This document shows positions 1 through 22,066 of a stretch of 64,000 nt of DNA, piece by piece. The stretch's first letter is position 1. Each line of letters opens with the position of its first letter. Below the pieces are notes generated by a model. It saw only the letters and a list, made by a program, of their open reading frames with translations, did not search any database and was not told where the DNA came from. The DNA comes from the human T2T-CHM13v2.0 reference genome, Homo sapiens: the NCBI RefSeq assembly GCF_009914755.1, contig NC_060927.1; one strand, 5' to 3'. The translations under genes were made by a program, and so were the position numbers.

Positions 1-432
<432 letters not shown>

Positions 433-436
433 AAGA

Positions 437-1150
437 CCAAGAAGTAGTAAATCCTCCATTTAAGAAAGGCAAAGAGCATGGGCTTTGGTCTGATATCCAG
501 CCTAACAGGGACGTTTTACTTTTTCAGATGGCCCTGTTATAACCATCCCAGTGACAAAGATCTAGCTTTTCTAAAATTACCCAGTTCAGCTTGCCCTTGG
601 GTTATCCAACAAGCTGGTCTACAATACTAACCAGAGACAAGCTGAAAAAGTGAGTGCTGGCCCAGAAAAAAGCTGCCAACCAATGGAAATTCTCCACCCA
701 AGAATACATGACCTTCACGTAGGTGTTAATACTGCCACCGTCTAAGTGGAGTACAAGAATAGTCAGCAATGGTGACTGCGCATGAGAGGAGACCCCTTGA
801 TCTGCATTTCTTATTGCTCATCTTGTCCACAAAATCAGGGTTCCCTACTACATCATCAAGGGAAAAGTTAGATGAAGTCACAGGATGACCTACATCAGTC
901 TCACTTTTATACGGCTTAACTGGAAAGATAGTAGTATGCTGGCTGAGCTGGTAGAGGCCATCAGAACTAACTACAGTGATAACTATTGTAAGATCTGACA
1001 TCACTGGAAGACAATTACTTAGGCCCAAATTCTGTAATTCACAATGCCAAGTTGGAAAAGAAAAAGGCTCAAGAGCTTGCCACAAAACTAGTTTAAATAT
1101 ACTCTGTTAACTTCATGTAAATAAAAATAAAACATCCCCTTAAAACAAAA
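437..1150 (+). pseudogene. Old processed pseudogene of ribosomal protein RPL7A (eL8)
   Basis: Intronless, frameshifted matches to RPL7A: KKVVNP-like start, DIQPNRD, VPYYIIKGK, LAELVEAIRTNYSD, KLEKKKAQELATKLV-stop (about 1096); followed by AATAAA and an A-rich tail remnant. Confidence 0.9.
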
Positions 1151-1918
1151 AGCTATTGAGGCATAGAAATCAGGAAATAAAAACTAGGATGTGACTTCCT
1201 ATCCTATCCCAAAGAAAGGTAATGAAATAAAACCATATTCACACAAAAAATCTTTGGAATATTTGGGACCTCACTGAAAATGAATGTTTAATTTCTAAAG
1301 GTTGCCAAATCCATTTTCTTATGTTCTAAGAAGGAGTCAGGGCCGGGCACAGTTGCTCATGCCTATAATCCCAGCACTTTGGGAGGCCGAGGCAGGCGGA
1401 TCACGAAGTCAAGAGTATGGAGACCATCCTGGCCAACATGGTGAAACCTCGTCTCTACTAAAAATACAAACATTAGCTAGGCATGGTGGCTTGTGCCTGT
1501 AGTCCCAGCTACTTGGGAGGCTGAGGCAGGAGAATTGCTTGAATCTGGGAAGGGAGAGGTTGCAGTGAGACAAGATTGTGACCCTGTACTCCAGCCTGGC
1601 AACAGGGCAAGACTCCATCTCAAAAAAAAAAAAAAAAAAAAAGGAGTCAGGCAGCAGCAGCATTATACTTCTCATTCTGTGCTATTGACTCTAACAGGAG
1701 TCAACTATCTGGACTAGATGATAAGTCTGACTTTTCTTAGTATCATAAACCATTAAAAATAACTTGTATAGACTTTGTGGGTGTAAGTGGATTACTGCTG
1801 GCCTGGCGAAAGAAGCTTACACTGTCAAGATGATTTTATCAGCAAGTTTGTGTGTGTCAAATCCTAGAGCCAACTTAAATTGGCTTTAAATGTTTTTTTT
1901 AATTGCTATCTCAAATAA

Positions 1919-2275
<357 letters not shown>

Positions 2276-2489
2276 TGATCCACCCGCCTCAGCCTCCCAA
2301 AGTGCTGGGATTACAGACTTGAGCCACCATACCCAGCTAGTACATTGTTTTTGTCCTCCAGATTAGCCCCCTCATCTAACAACAGGTAGAAATTAGCCAT
2401 TCTTTATTACAAGGAATGGTCTAAGAGACCCTGTCCCCAAATTCACAAGCAATTAGAAAGCAATTAGGAGAAAAAAGCTACTTTGGACA

Positions 2490-3389
2490 TAAAGCATAAA
2501 GAATTCCTTTATTATAAATAGTGAAAGGTAATAAAACTGGAAACATAAACACATATCTTTTCTAAACAAAAATTCAATATGGCAATACAAAACTTAGCCA
2601 GGCTTGGTGGGAGCTCCTGTAATCCCAGGTACTTGGGAGGCTCAGGCAGGAGAATCACTTGAATCCAGGAGGCGGAGGTTGCAGTGAACCAAGATAACGC
2701 CACTGCACTCCTGCCTGGGTGACAAGAGCGAAACTCCATGTCAAAACAAAAAAAGCCGGGCTTGGTAGCTCACGCCTGTAATCCCAGCACTTTAGGATGC
2801 CAAGGTGGGTAGATCATCTGAAGTCAAGAGTTTGAGACCAGCCTGACCAACATGGAGAAACCCCGTCTCTACTAAAAATGCAAAATTAGCCGGGCATGGT
2901 GGTGCATGCCTGTAATCCCAGCTACTCAGGAGGCTGAGGCAGGAGAATCGCTTGAACCCAGGAAGCAGGAGGTTGCAGTGAGCCAAGATCACGCCATTGC
3001 ACTCCAGCCTGGGCAACAAGAGCGAAACGCCTTCTCAAAACAAACAAACAAAAAATTCAATATGGCAGCCCAAAATAACTAAAAACAACATAGTGGGTGA
3101 AGAGTTAAACTTTCTCTTCACACATTAGCACTATATATGTAAATCATTCAGCCTGGTAACTTCTCATAAAGTGTTTCATCTTTCCTAAAATCATATTACA
3201 TTAATTATAATTTGTTTAAATTAATTCTGACATTATGCTTATAATAATCATCTCTTTTTAATATTTAAATACCATTGGACTAACACTTTGATCATTTGGC
3301 AAAACTTCCATTTTGATTCAATGAAAAACGTCCATATATTTACATATTTCACTCTTTGGAGAAGGTTACCTCTAGATTTCTTGACCGTT
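2490..3389 (-). other. C3orf33: C3orf33 3' UTR with candidate poly(A) signals; contains antisense Alus
   Basis: AT-rich sequence after the stop; minus-strand ATTAAA at 3257-3262 and AATAAA at 2508-2513 (another at 2403-2408); the true end cannot be determined from sequence. Confidence 0.6.
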
Positions 3390-3791
3390 TCACCCTTTTC
3401 TACGAAAGTTTATGCGACTTATAAGTTCTCTGAACTTCAGTATTAAGGAGCAGTTGTTCATGTTGTCTTTCCATATTTCATAAGTCCTTTTAAGTTTTTC
3501 ATAATAACTTTCTTTTTTCAAGCTGAAATCTGATCCTGTTGTTTTTAAAAAACTGTCCTTTTTCCATATTTCTCTCCAGGAATCTTTGAATTTTTCTAAG
3601 TAACTTTCTTTTTCAGAGTCTTCCTTCCATATTCCTTCTCCTTTTTTTAAGGCTGTTAATTCAGCTTTAAGTAAGTTTCTGTGAACTGTCCAATAGATTT
3701 TAGAATCATATTTAAGCCCTTTAACAAGAACAGTTTTGCCAAGGCCTCTTCTCAAAATTTCTTCATTCAGATTCACGCTGAAATATCCACC
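3390..3791 (-). CDS. C3orf33: C3orf33 exon 5, coding part (GGYFSVNLNEEILRRGLG...SRINFRRKG-stop)
   Basis: Acceptor ...ttttaaattcaag at 3793-3792; 133 codons plus TGA, matching ORF 3390..3818 from GGYF onward; spliced total is 294 aa. Confidence 0.96.
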   Translation of the reverse strand, partial: GGYFSVNLNEEILRRGLGKTVLVKGLKYDSKIYWTVHRNLLKAELTALKKGEGIWKEDSEKESYLEKFKDSWREIWKKDSFLKTTGSDFSLKKESYYEKLKRTYEIWKDNMNNCSLILKFRELISRINFRRKG

Positions 3792-4462
3792 CTTGAATTT
3801 AAAAATAATACAAACCAATTATTTAAGATAATTGTTGTTATACCCATCACATCTTATTTACCTTAAAAATCAGTCATTCAACAATTTTAGTCCTCCAAAG
3901 AAAAGGCAAAAATGGTCCCCAAGGCTCCCCCAAAACAGCTCTTGCGAAATCCAAGGATTTTTATTACTAGAAGAGACCCTTGCTCAAAATCAGTTGATTC
4001 TTTTATAACATGGAATTCTCCACAGACTCACTGTTCTCCTAATCCGAAGAGGTGAGGAAGCAATAAAGTATGAAAAATGTGTTTTTGGTCTGTTGGTGGT
4101 TCTGTGGAGGGGAAGTGGGACACCCAAGATAGGCAGAGTGACAGTAGGACCAGCAAAAGAAACTAAGAGATGAAGAGAAACTAAACTAAAAGTAGCCAAA
4201 TGCAAAATGAACTGAATCATCACTGAACTGTTAAATTAGGTTCAGAATTCCAGTGTTTTGGACAGCACTGGCAAGTAAATACATTTTTAAAAGACTTCCC
4301 TCAAAATAATTAACATAAAAATAGTCTTGGCCATTGAGTCTTCATCCTACAGGAAATTTTATTCATGGAATACCTCACCTCCTAATGAAACTGGATAAAT
4401 GGGATTTTTTTTTTTCATTAATTTACGGTATAAAGGAGATCCTGGCGGGGCGCGGTGGCTCA

Positions 4463-4696
<234 letters not shown>

Positions 4697-5441
4697 TCAA
4701 GCCTGGGTGACAGAGCAAGACTCCATCTCGGGAAAATAAATAAATAAATAAAAGGAGATCCTGCCTAGATATTTCTACAATCCTTGTGGGATTTTAATCT
4801 TAACAAAGTGTTAATAAAATTTTGTTCCTTCAAATTGAGAAATTTTTAGTACATGATAACAGTTATAAAGCAATTATCATATTTTTCTAAATCTTTCAAA
4901 TCTTATAAGCTCATTCCCTTGAACCAAACTCAGTATAATTAAAATTCCACCTCACACGTTAGCAAAATTCAAACAGGAGAAGTAAATTATCACTCTATGT
5001 GTATAGCATAGTTTGGTCACCCAGGAAGCAAGATAAAATAAAGATATGCTTATAAGATGAAGTAAATGTAGGCTCAGGAGCCAGGAAGAGTTGGGTTTGG
5101 ATACAGGCTTTTCTTCCAGGTTACCCTGACCAAGACAATCAGTTTCCCTAAAAGTCCTACCTGAAAGTGGGAATAAAAGCAACAACCTGTAGAGTGGTTC
5201 TGAAGATAAGTAACATAATATAAGCATGGCACCTTAACTCAGTGTCTGACACATGTTGACCCTCAAAATATACATAATTGATTGCTACCTTTATCATCGT
5301 CATAATCATCTCCTTTTTTTTGGTAATTATACTCTTTAACTTAAAAGCTAATATTTTTGTAAGGCCTTTAGGATGTTTTATACAACTTTGTATTATTAAC
5401 TTACTTTTTTTGTTTTGTATTGTTTTGTTTTGTTTTTTTGA

Positions 5442-5549
<108 letters not shown>

Positions 5550-6603
5550 TAGCTGGGATTCCAGGCACCCGGCACCATGCCCAGCTTATTTTTGTATTTT
5601 TAGTAGTGATGGGGTTTCACCAAATTGGCCAGGCTGGTCTCAAACTCCTCACCTCAAGTGAACTGCTGGCCTCGGCCTCCCAAAGTGCTGGGATTACAGG
5701 CATGAGCCACTATGCCCAGCCTTTATTAACTTACTTTTAAACTTACTTTTAAAATACAAGATACTTCAATCAATTAGTTTTAGATAATTCTTATTTTGAA
5801 AGTACTGAATATCATCTGGACATGCAAAAATTAATGAATTTCATTAAGCTTTCTATTAATATTTCAAAAAGCTTTTAAGAATTAAAATGGTTAAAATTCT
5901 AATCATCTTATTTTATTTACAAGAAGAGGTCTCTCTCTATCGCCCAGGTTGGAGTACATTGGTGCGATCATAGCTCATTGCAGTCTCGACTGCGTAGGCT
6001 GAAGCGTTCCTCCCACCTCAGCCTCCTGAGTTGCTGGGATTATAGGCACAAGCGACTGTACCCTCATAATTATAATTTTAAAAGCTGAATATCATAGTAT
6101 GATCAAGGTATGAAAACCTATCTGATGGCCCACCAAAAAAATCTGGAGTAAGGCACATGCACATCCTGGGATGCAGGACAGTGATTCAGCAACAAAGATG
6201 AAACTGTCATTTCCAGTTATACAATGGCTATGGCCAATCATAAAGGTAAGAAAACTCTGAGGCAACATCTTTAGATGACTCATCACTGATCAGAACTAGT
6301 ACTTAAGAATGTTCAACTTTACAGTTCAAAGATTTATACACTTAGACCTATCAACAACATATTGGACCAGACTAAGCAAACCGTCAGAAAACACCCTGGC
6401 TGTTTGTAGTTTCCAGCTAACAAGCCTCACTCAGCAAGTGGTTTATAGTAACAAGCATGATGTAATATACCCATACATAAATAAATATATAATGATACTG
6501 CCTAAATTAGCAATGCCCAGAGTCATTAGTAATTTGAAGTTTATGGCCACAGTGGCTCATGCCTGTAATGCCAGCACTTTGGGAGGCTGAGGCAGGCAGA
6601 TCA

Positions 6604-6906
<303 letters not shown>

Positions 6907-7382
6907 TCACAAGGTCAAGAGATCGAGACCATCCTGGCCAACATGGTGAAACCCCATCTCTACTAAAAATACAAAAATTAGCTGGGTGTGGCGGCGCCCA
7001 TGTGTAGTCCCAGCTACTCAGGAGGCTGAGGCAGAAGAATCACTTGAACCTGAGAGGCAGAGGTTGCAGTGGCCGAGATCGTGCCACTGCACTCCAGCCT
7101 GGCAACAGAGAGAGACTCCATCTAAAAAATAATAATAATAAATAATAATTTGAAGTTTTTCTTTTTTCTTAATTTTATTTTTTCTATATTAAACATATAT
7201 TACATATGTAACTAAAATAAAATTTGTATACAAGACACCTATGCATAATCACTATCAGTAGCAGTTTAAAAGGCAAAAAAAAGTCAGTCCCATTATATAT
7301 CCAAAGTTCTAATTAAATAAGTGTTTACATATAAGTAATAAGAAGAATAAGATATTGCTAGTTATTTCTTCACATTGCTTAC

Positions 7383-7543
7383 CTTATTCACCAGAAGATA
7401 GCAAAAGAGTGCTGAATTCTCCTTTCCAAGAAGTTGGAACCATAGTAATTGGGAAGGTTTTAGCTCTTTTTGTAACCATGCCTTCCCAGTTTCAGCGAGT
7501 TCTACTCCAGCCAACTTAACCAGCAAAGCACCACGTGGCTCTT
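7383..7543 (-). CDS. C3orf33: C3orf33 exon 4 (KEPRGALLVKLAGVELAETGKAWLQKELKPSQLLWFQLLGKENSALFCYLLVNK)
   Basis: Acceptor cctttttag, 161 nt completing the phase-1 codon from exon 3, donor AAG|GTAAGC. Confidence 0.95.
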
Positions 7544-7773
7544 CTAAAAAGGTTAGGTAGAAAAGAGTTTAGCTTTAACAGCATGTTGCAAAAGCAAATT
7601 CCAGTCAGTTGGCCTCCAACAAACAAACAAATATATTATGTTTATTTATAAATACCCAGTCTCTCTAACTGTAGACCCATTTATTTCTATATTCAAGTTT
7701 TCTTTTAAAACAATACAAGTATATATAACACAGTAATTTCAAAAACTCATTTTTTTTTCTTTTTTCTTTTTGA

Positions 7774-8087
<314 letters not shown>

Positions 8088-9026
8088 TAGTGAGATTTTA
8101 ACCAATTTAACCTTCTTTTTTCAACCTCCCATGCTTATTTTTACACATACACACATAAAGCTATAGGCCTTCAGTTTAATAATATGGGCTATTACCACCA
8201 AAAGAACCACAGAAACTGCTTTTTCACTTAACTTATTGAAGATATCTTCCAATCTCAACAAATATTGATCTACATCAACACTGTTATGCTTATACATTTT
8301 GCAAAACTGACTTCTAGACAGGATTTTATCAATTGATATTCTAAGTAGCATAATATGAAGAAGACCTGTTTACCCAAACCCTTGATAGAATTTTAACCAA
8401 TGTAATTTTAATAACAAGATTTTACTTTAGATAAAATTTATAACTTTCCAAAAAGGGATAACAGCTGACAAAAAAAACTTAATGTCTTTAAAAAAATTAT
8501 ACACTTAACATACATTAAGCTCTTACATAATGGTTGAAAATATAAAGTTACATCCATCTATTCTCCAGGAAAGAAATAATACTTTAGTTCAAGAAGATAT
8601 CCTAGAACACTGTTATATTATTTGATAAAAAAATAAATTTTATTAGGATATGGGCTTCTTAAAACCTGTCCTAGAATTTTAGTTTGAGAAGCACCAAAAG
8701 CTATAAGCAATTGTACTACTGCACTCCAGCCTAGGCTACAGGGCAAGAACTTATCTCAAAATAAAGAAGGTCAGGTGCAGTGCCTCACTCCTGTAATCCC
8801 AGCACTTTGGGAGGCCAAGGTGGGTGGATCACCTGAGGTCAGGAGTTCAAGATCAGTCTGGCCAACATGGTGAAACCCCATCTCTACTAAAAATACAAAA
8901 ATTAAGGCCAGGTGTGGTGGCTCACACCTGTAATCCCAGCACTTTGGGAGGCTGAGGCAGGTGGATCACCTGAGGTTAGGAATTCGAGACAAGCCTGACC
9001 AACATGGTGAAACCCTGTCTCTACTA

Positions 9027-9185
<159 letters not shown>

Positions 9186-9594
9186 TCAAAAACAAAAAAA
9201 AAAAAATACAAAAATTAGCTGGGCATGGTGGTGCGTGCCTGTAATCCCAGCTACTCAGGAGGCTGAGGCACGAGAATCACTTCAATCTAGGAGGCAGAAG
9301 CTGAAGTGAGCCAAGATCGCACCACTGCACTCCAGCCTGGGCAATAGAGTGAGACTGTTTCAAAAAAAAAAAAAAAAAGAAGAAGAAGAAAAAGGTATTT
9401 GTAGAATGATCATACTTTTACAAAAACTTTGTTACAATAATACACAAATTAGATTAAGGCAGTATATCCAACAAAGATTAAATTATGTCAAATCATTAGT
9501 ACATAATGAGTTACAGAAAGCCTGAAAATTCTGAGGTCCCTCTCCAATCCTGTAATGTTGCCAACACCACCAATCCTCTTCCAGTAAGACATGC

Positions 9595-10301
9595 TGATAG
9601 CAGCAGGAGGCAGTCAAATTCCCAGGAAAATAGGGGCAGGTGCCCGGTGAAACCTGACCTTCAAACCAAAGACAGTTTAAAGCCCAAAAACCAAGCTGCA
9701 AGTCTCAGATAAATCCATGGAGTGGATAGAGAGCCTCTCTTCTTATTTGGTGCTCTTTCCTCTGATTGATCCCCAACCTCCACCTATTTTACATATAGCT
9801 ACCCTTCCCTAATTGGTTTTTGCACTGTCATGCCCATCTTTTAGTGGTGCACATTTTTAGCCTTTTTTGCATACTCACAAACCAATCAGCGTGCACTCAC
9901 CCATTCTGAGCCTAAAAAGCCCCAAACTCAACCACACTTTGAAACTGCCCGTCTTTGGGCAGGAGACTACCTGACTTCAGGTGGCGGGGGTTGGGTTGCA
10001 CAACTCAGGTTCCCTCTCTGCTGAGAGCTGTTTTATCACTCAACAAAACTCTTTGCCTTGCTCACCCACCAGTGATCAGCTAACCTCATTCTTCTTGGAT
10101 GTGGGACAAGAATTGAGACCCACTGAACAGCACGTGCAAATGAGCACAGGGTCCAGACCAGGGTGCAAGCCAAGTGCAGCCCACCAGGCCAAGTGGGCAG
10201 AATACCTCCTGTAGCAAGCCCGGGGCCAAGCAAGGTCCAGGCAGGGGCATCACCAGCTGTGGATGTCTCTGGCGAAGCAGAGCCAAAAAAATCCTGTGTC
10301 A
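9595..10301 (+). mobile_element. Solo ERV1 LTR, MER50-like
   Basis: TG...CA ends; start tgatagcagcaggaggcagtcaaattcc...gtgaaacctgaccttcaaaccaaagacagtttaaagcc; CCAAT boxes; ends aaaatcctgtgtca. Confidence 0.75.
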
Positions 10302-10554
10302 ACCCCATAGTCTTTGAGACCAAAGCTTTTGGGACCAAAAACTTGAAGTGGATGGTCCATTAATCTAATGAAACACTATCAACCTAAATATTAATATCCT
10401 AATTATTTACTTGACAAAGGTCATTGCATTCCTTTAAATTAGCAAATTCCCCATTGAGTATTTAAAATATAATATGATCAACAAGAATTTAAAAATAAAT
10501 CTTCCAGAAACAAATTGATTTTTTGAAAAAGCAAGTGTTACCTTTATTTTTTAT

Positions 10555-11570
<1,016 letters not shown>

Positions 11571-11965
11571 CTTTGATTTCTAATCTATGAATTTTTTAGT
11601 TTTGTGTTACTGTGACGTGAATCCCTCTATCTTCTGAGCCCTTCAATAAATCTTTTATACAAACATCAAAAATAAATAAGTAAATAAAACCCAATTCATA
11701 ACAGATGGGATGACACAGTACATGCTGGTTAGGAGGGGAGAACAACTTAGGCTCCAGTGGAGTACTCCAAGAGTACTCTATCAAAAAGGTAGAACTTGGC
11801 CAGGTGCAGTGGCTCAGCCTTTAATCCCAGCACTTTGGAAGGTAGAGGTGGGCCGATGTCTTAAACCCAGAAGTTCAAGAAGGGCAAGGGCAACACAGCA
11901 AGACCCCCTTTCTACAAAAAAAACTTAAAAATTAGTGGACATGATGGTGCACTTCTGTAGTCCTA

Positions 11966-12154
<189 letters not shown>

Positions 12155-12644
12155 CTATGTCAAGTAAGGGAAGGATCATGATTATCTAGAAAACCTACAG
12201 ACATGAGATGAAAACTGAAGCAAACCCCAACTAGGGATACTGTTATATTTGTGCCTCATGAGATGGGTGGGAAACTCTGTGGCTAAATATTTTTGAGGTT
12301 TTTAGAGAGATAGGATATAATACAAAAACTGATTTTTTTGTAAACAACTCTAGATCTACAAAATACTATCAGTGGATTCATGACAATGTACAACTTCATG
12401 AGACACATGAAGTTGTATGACAGCAGAATCATCTACACCTGTGTCAAAAACTTTTTTTTTTTTTTTACCATCAGGGATGAGAAGCTTTGAATAATTTCCT
12501 CACTAGACTGCAGGTTTTATGACTACCGTAGGCATGTGCCCATTTTCTTTGCTGCTGTACTGAGACAGTAGCAATAGCACAGGCATTCAGTAATAATTGG
12601 AGGAATGAAGTATTCTAAATGTTTCAGTTCATAAAATTTTTAGG

Positions 12645-12647
<3 letters not shown>

Positions 12648-12693
<46 letters not shown>
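12648..12693. repeat. (TG)n microsatellite, about 23 units
   Basis: Pure TG run read directly. Confidence 0.97.
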
Positions 12694-12694
<1 letters not shown>

Positions 12695-13999
12695 CTCCTC
12701 ATTCATACATACCAAAAATAAGACAGCCGAAGGGATAGGTGGCACAGAATTGTCATTAGGAAGGAGTCTTAGAAATCATAACTTTCTTGTTTGATGGTGG
12801 TGGGAACCACAGACCAAAAGTAGAAACAGAACACAGCTCCACACACCAATCTGTGTTCTACTACACCATGCAGCCTCTACTACTATGTTGAGTCATTTGA
12901 ACCAAACCTTCTTAGTAAGAGTGAGCTCCATTTTTAGGACCTGGATCTTAGCCCTCCTCAGAAATAGAATAAACATCTATTTCTATTACATAAACCAAGA
13001 AGTAAAAATAGTGAGAGGAACACAGGAGCTTTTAATTAACTATTTTAAAATGAAGACTATGCTCTAGCAACTTATTGTAACATTCAAAATGGTGTTTGAT
13101 TAGCAACTTTCTAGCTCTAAAACAATTTTACAGGTAAATAGGTTTCATGTCTGAAAGTGCAAAATGATCTTTTTCACATAAGCAGTTTATGTTAGTCATA
13201 AAACAGGCATTAGCACTATCATGACATTTGTAGCGGTTAATATCTGTTGAGAGGTATAAGACATTTAACATCTGTTTCTTTAACTTCTACATGTCTATAG
13301 AACATGCAGTTCTGAACTAAGTGATGGAAAATCTGTTTTCTAGCTTTGATTTCATCATCATTAGCTAGATGGCATTTAATCTCTATAGAAAATATTAAAA
13401 TAACTGGAGGAGAAAAGTGGGAATTTAAGGACTTCTAAGGCTCCCTTAGGCTCTAAAATTCAGATTCTATGTACCAAATTACATAAATACTTTATTATTT
13501 GTGTGAGATCCCTTAATATAAAAATCATACATGGCAATTACAGTGCTGTGGCATTGCATGATTTCAGGAGGCAGATTTCTATGGAATATCACCCCTGTAG
13601 ACATGCAATGCATAGCCTGGACAACCACAGGTGATGATCTGGCTGGCTAAGCTCTAACGAGTCATTACTATCAGATAGGAGAGATTTAAATTATTACAGC
13701 AACTGAGAAGCTAAAGGACCTGTGAAGTGTAAATCCTGCTTAGAGCTGAGATGGCCAAAGGCCATCCTTGGTAATCTCTCTTCAGGGAGCAACACTCATT
13801 AAAACTGTATAAGTTCTCTTTGGTTTATTAAAAGAATTAATGGTATCAAGTATGTTTGGGGGGGAAAATCAATCTTGTTCCTTTACAGTTGTACATTATT
13901 GAACAGAGTGATATTCGTTCAACTCGGGATTTTAAAAAAGCAAGAACTCCTTTCTTCATAAAATCAGAATATTAAGAAGGGCCATAAATAGAATTAAAT

Positions 14000-15062
14000 T
14001 AATTCATTTGACAAATTTTACCAAGTCTCTATTGGCTAATAAGTCTTTTTCTAGGGACTTTGAATACCAAAATAAAAAGGAAAAACTCCTTGCCCATCAG
14101 GGGCTCACAGTTCAGTAAGGAATATAAACCTAAATACATAATAGCAGAAAAAGGTGAATAAGTACTATAATTGCAGTGTATTATAAATTGTTGTGGGGTA
14201 TAGCAAAGAAAGAGGCTAATGCAGCTTGGCAGTTAAGGAGGCTTCACAGAAGAGCTGACAGTTGAGCCGGATTCTGAAGAATCAATTGATGTTCAACAGA
14301 GGCCAAGATACTCCAAGCAAAGAACCAGGCCCAGGGTTATGAGAATGCATATAAGCAGCAGGAAGGTCTGTGTGTCTGGGTGCTTTGATGTGAAGCAAGG
14401 AGAAATGGGAATTGCAGCAGGAAAGTGGCATCTTACACCAAACCTGTCCAGTCTGCAGCCTGTGGGCCACATGCAGCCCAGGATGGCTTTGAATATGTCC
14501 CAACACAAATTTGTAAACTTTCTTAAAACGTTATGATATTGTTTTGCTTTTTTTTTTTTTTTTTTTTAGCTCATCAGCTATCATTAGTGTATTTAATGTG
14601 TGGCCCAAGAAAATTTTTCTTCTTCCAATGTGGCCCAGGGAAGCCAAAAGATTGGATACCCCTGTCTTACACCCTTCCTCCCTGTGCCTCAATCACAGGA
14701 GTCTTGGTATGTCTTGTCAAAAGCATCATGCTCTTTCTCACCTATCCTCTTTCTAGCTAGCCTCCTCTTAATTCTTCAGGTCCCTGATTAAATAACAACT
14801 CCTCAATGAGGCCTTCTCTGACTACTCTATATGTATAGATTCCATACTGCCATCCCCAAGACCACCCAGAATTATCCTAGTATCCTGCTCCTTTTCTTCA
14901 TAGCTCTTAGGACAACTTTTCATTTGTTTGTTGTCTATCTCGCACCTAGACTATAAGCTTCAAGGGTTAAAAGAGCTTTGTTTTACCCAACATTGTACAA
15001 TTAGCTTAGGTTCTAGACCATAATAGGTGCTCAACATTTGTGAAATGAATGAATGATTGAAT
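14000..15062. mobile_element. L2 fragments flanking MER30
   Basis: L2 3'-end signature ggtgctcaacatttgtgaaatgaatgaatga near 15030-15060; opposite-strand L2-like sequence near 14000-14400. Confidence 0.6.
14439..14664 (+). mobile_element. MER30 hAT-Charlie MITE with intact 8-bp TSD
   Basis: MER30 body (ggccacatgcagcccaggatggctttgaat...gccaaaagattggatacccctg); TSD tcttacac at 14431-14438 and 14665-14672. Confidence 0.9.
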
Positions 15063-15087
15063 AGTTCAATTTAAAAAGCAGTGAAGG

Positions 15088-19640
<4,553 letters not shown>

Positions 19641-20509
19641 CTTCAACTACTAAAAGTGCATCCTTTCTAATTCTGGTGTGTTTTCTTACAATATATGCAA
19701 GAAGGTCAAAGAGTGCCTTAATGTTTGGAGTTTTATAAATTATTAAGAAGCTGAAGGAGAAAATCAAAGGAGCACCAATGTTCCTGCTCTCAAGGAGCTC
19801 ACAGTGTATGTGAGAAAGATTCCATTGCATCCATTTATTTTATATCCCACAACAACACAAAGCTCAAAGCTGTGCTTCTGTAACACAGCAGGGACTATTT
19901 GGAAGACGAACAAAAAATATACATAAAACAACCAGAATATAAGTGTAGAGCAATACATGAATAGGTTTAAAATAAATTATATATCAAAGGGGACAGAAAG
20001 GGATAGATCCAAAGGATAAGAACAGATAAGGAGGCTGTCTTTACAGGAAGTAAATCCCGAGCTTGTGACAAACACAACCTACACTCTAGGAGAGGCAGAA
20101 AGATGATGCTGCTACAAGGATGCTGTGTCTAAGCTTCAGACGGTGAAGAAGATGTCCTAAAGGCAAAAAAATAAATGCTGGAAGCATCCTGGTAAAGACA
20201 AAGAAAATAAGGGTTTCAAATTCAAGACATAAATTTGAAATCCAGCTCTGCCATTTACTAGCTGGATGATCTTGTGAAAATTGTTTACCTCCTTTAAGTA
20301 TCTACTTTGTCATCTATAAAAATCAACCTTGATCAAAAGATTATTATAAGCATTAAATGAAATTATGTTTATAAAGTGCTGGCACAATGCCAAACTCAAT
20401 AATCTTTTTTTATTTTTTAAATATAAAATTTGCAATTATCAACCAGTAACTGAAGGAATATAAGAACTTGATAAATAAACTCTCAGAGGGAAGAAAATCA
20501 GCAATACAA

Positions 20510-21250
<741 letters not shown>

Positions 21251-21372
21251 ACAAATATTTTTGTTTGCTTGTTTTTGTTTTAATCACTTAATGTTTCAAT
21301 GTTCTCTTCCTAGCACCTAGCTTGCCCTTCTCATCACTAGTAAGTCACTATTACTTAAAAATAGTGGGCCAG

Positions 21373-22066
<694 letters not shown>

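Noticed and set aside
726-1085. 119-aa minus-strand ORF
   Set aside because: Antisense shadow of the RPL7A pseudogene, with no recognisable homology
3792-3818. N-terminus MVCIIFKFK of ORF 3390..3818
   Set aside because: Intronic; the splice acceptor at 3793-3792 starts the real exon
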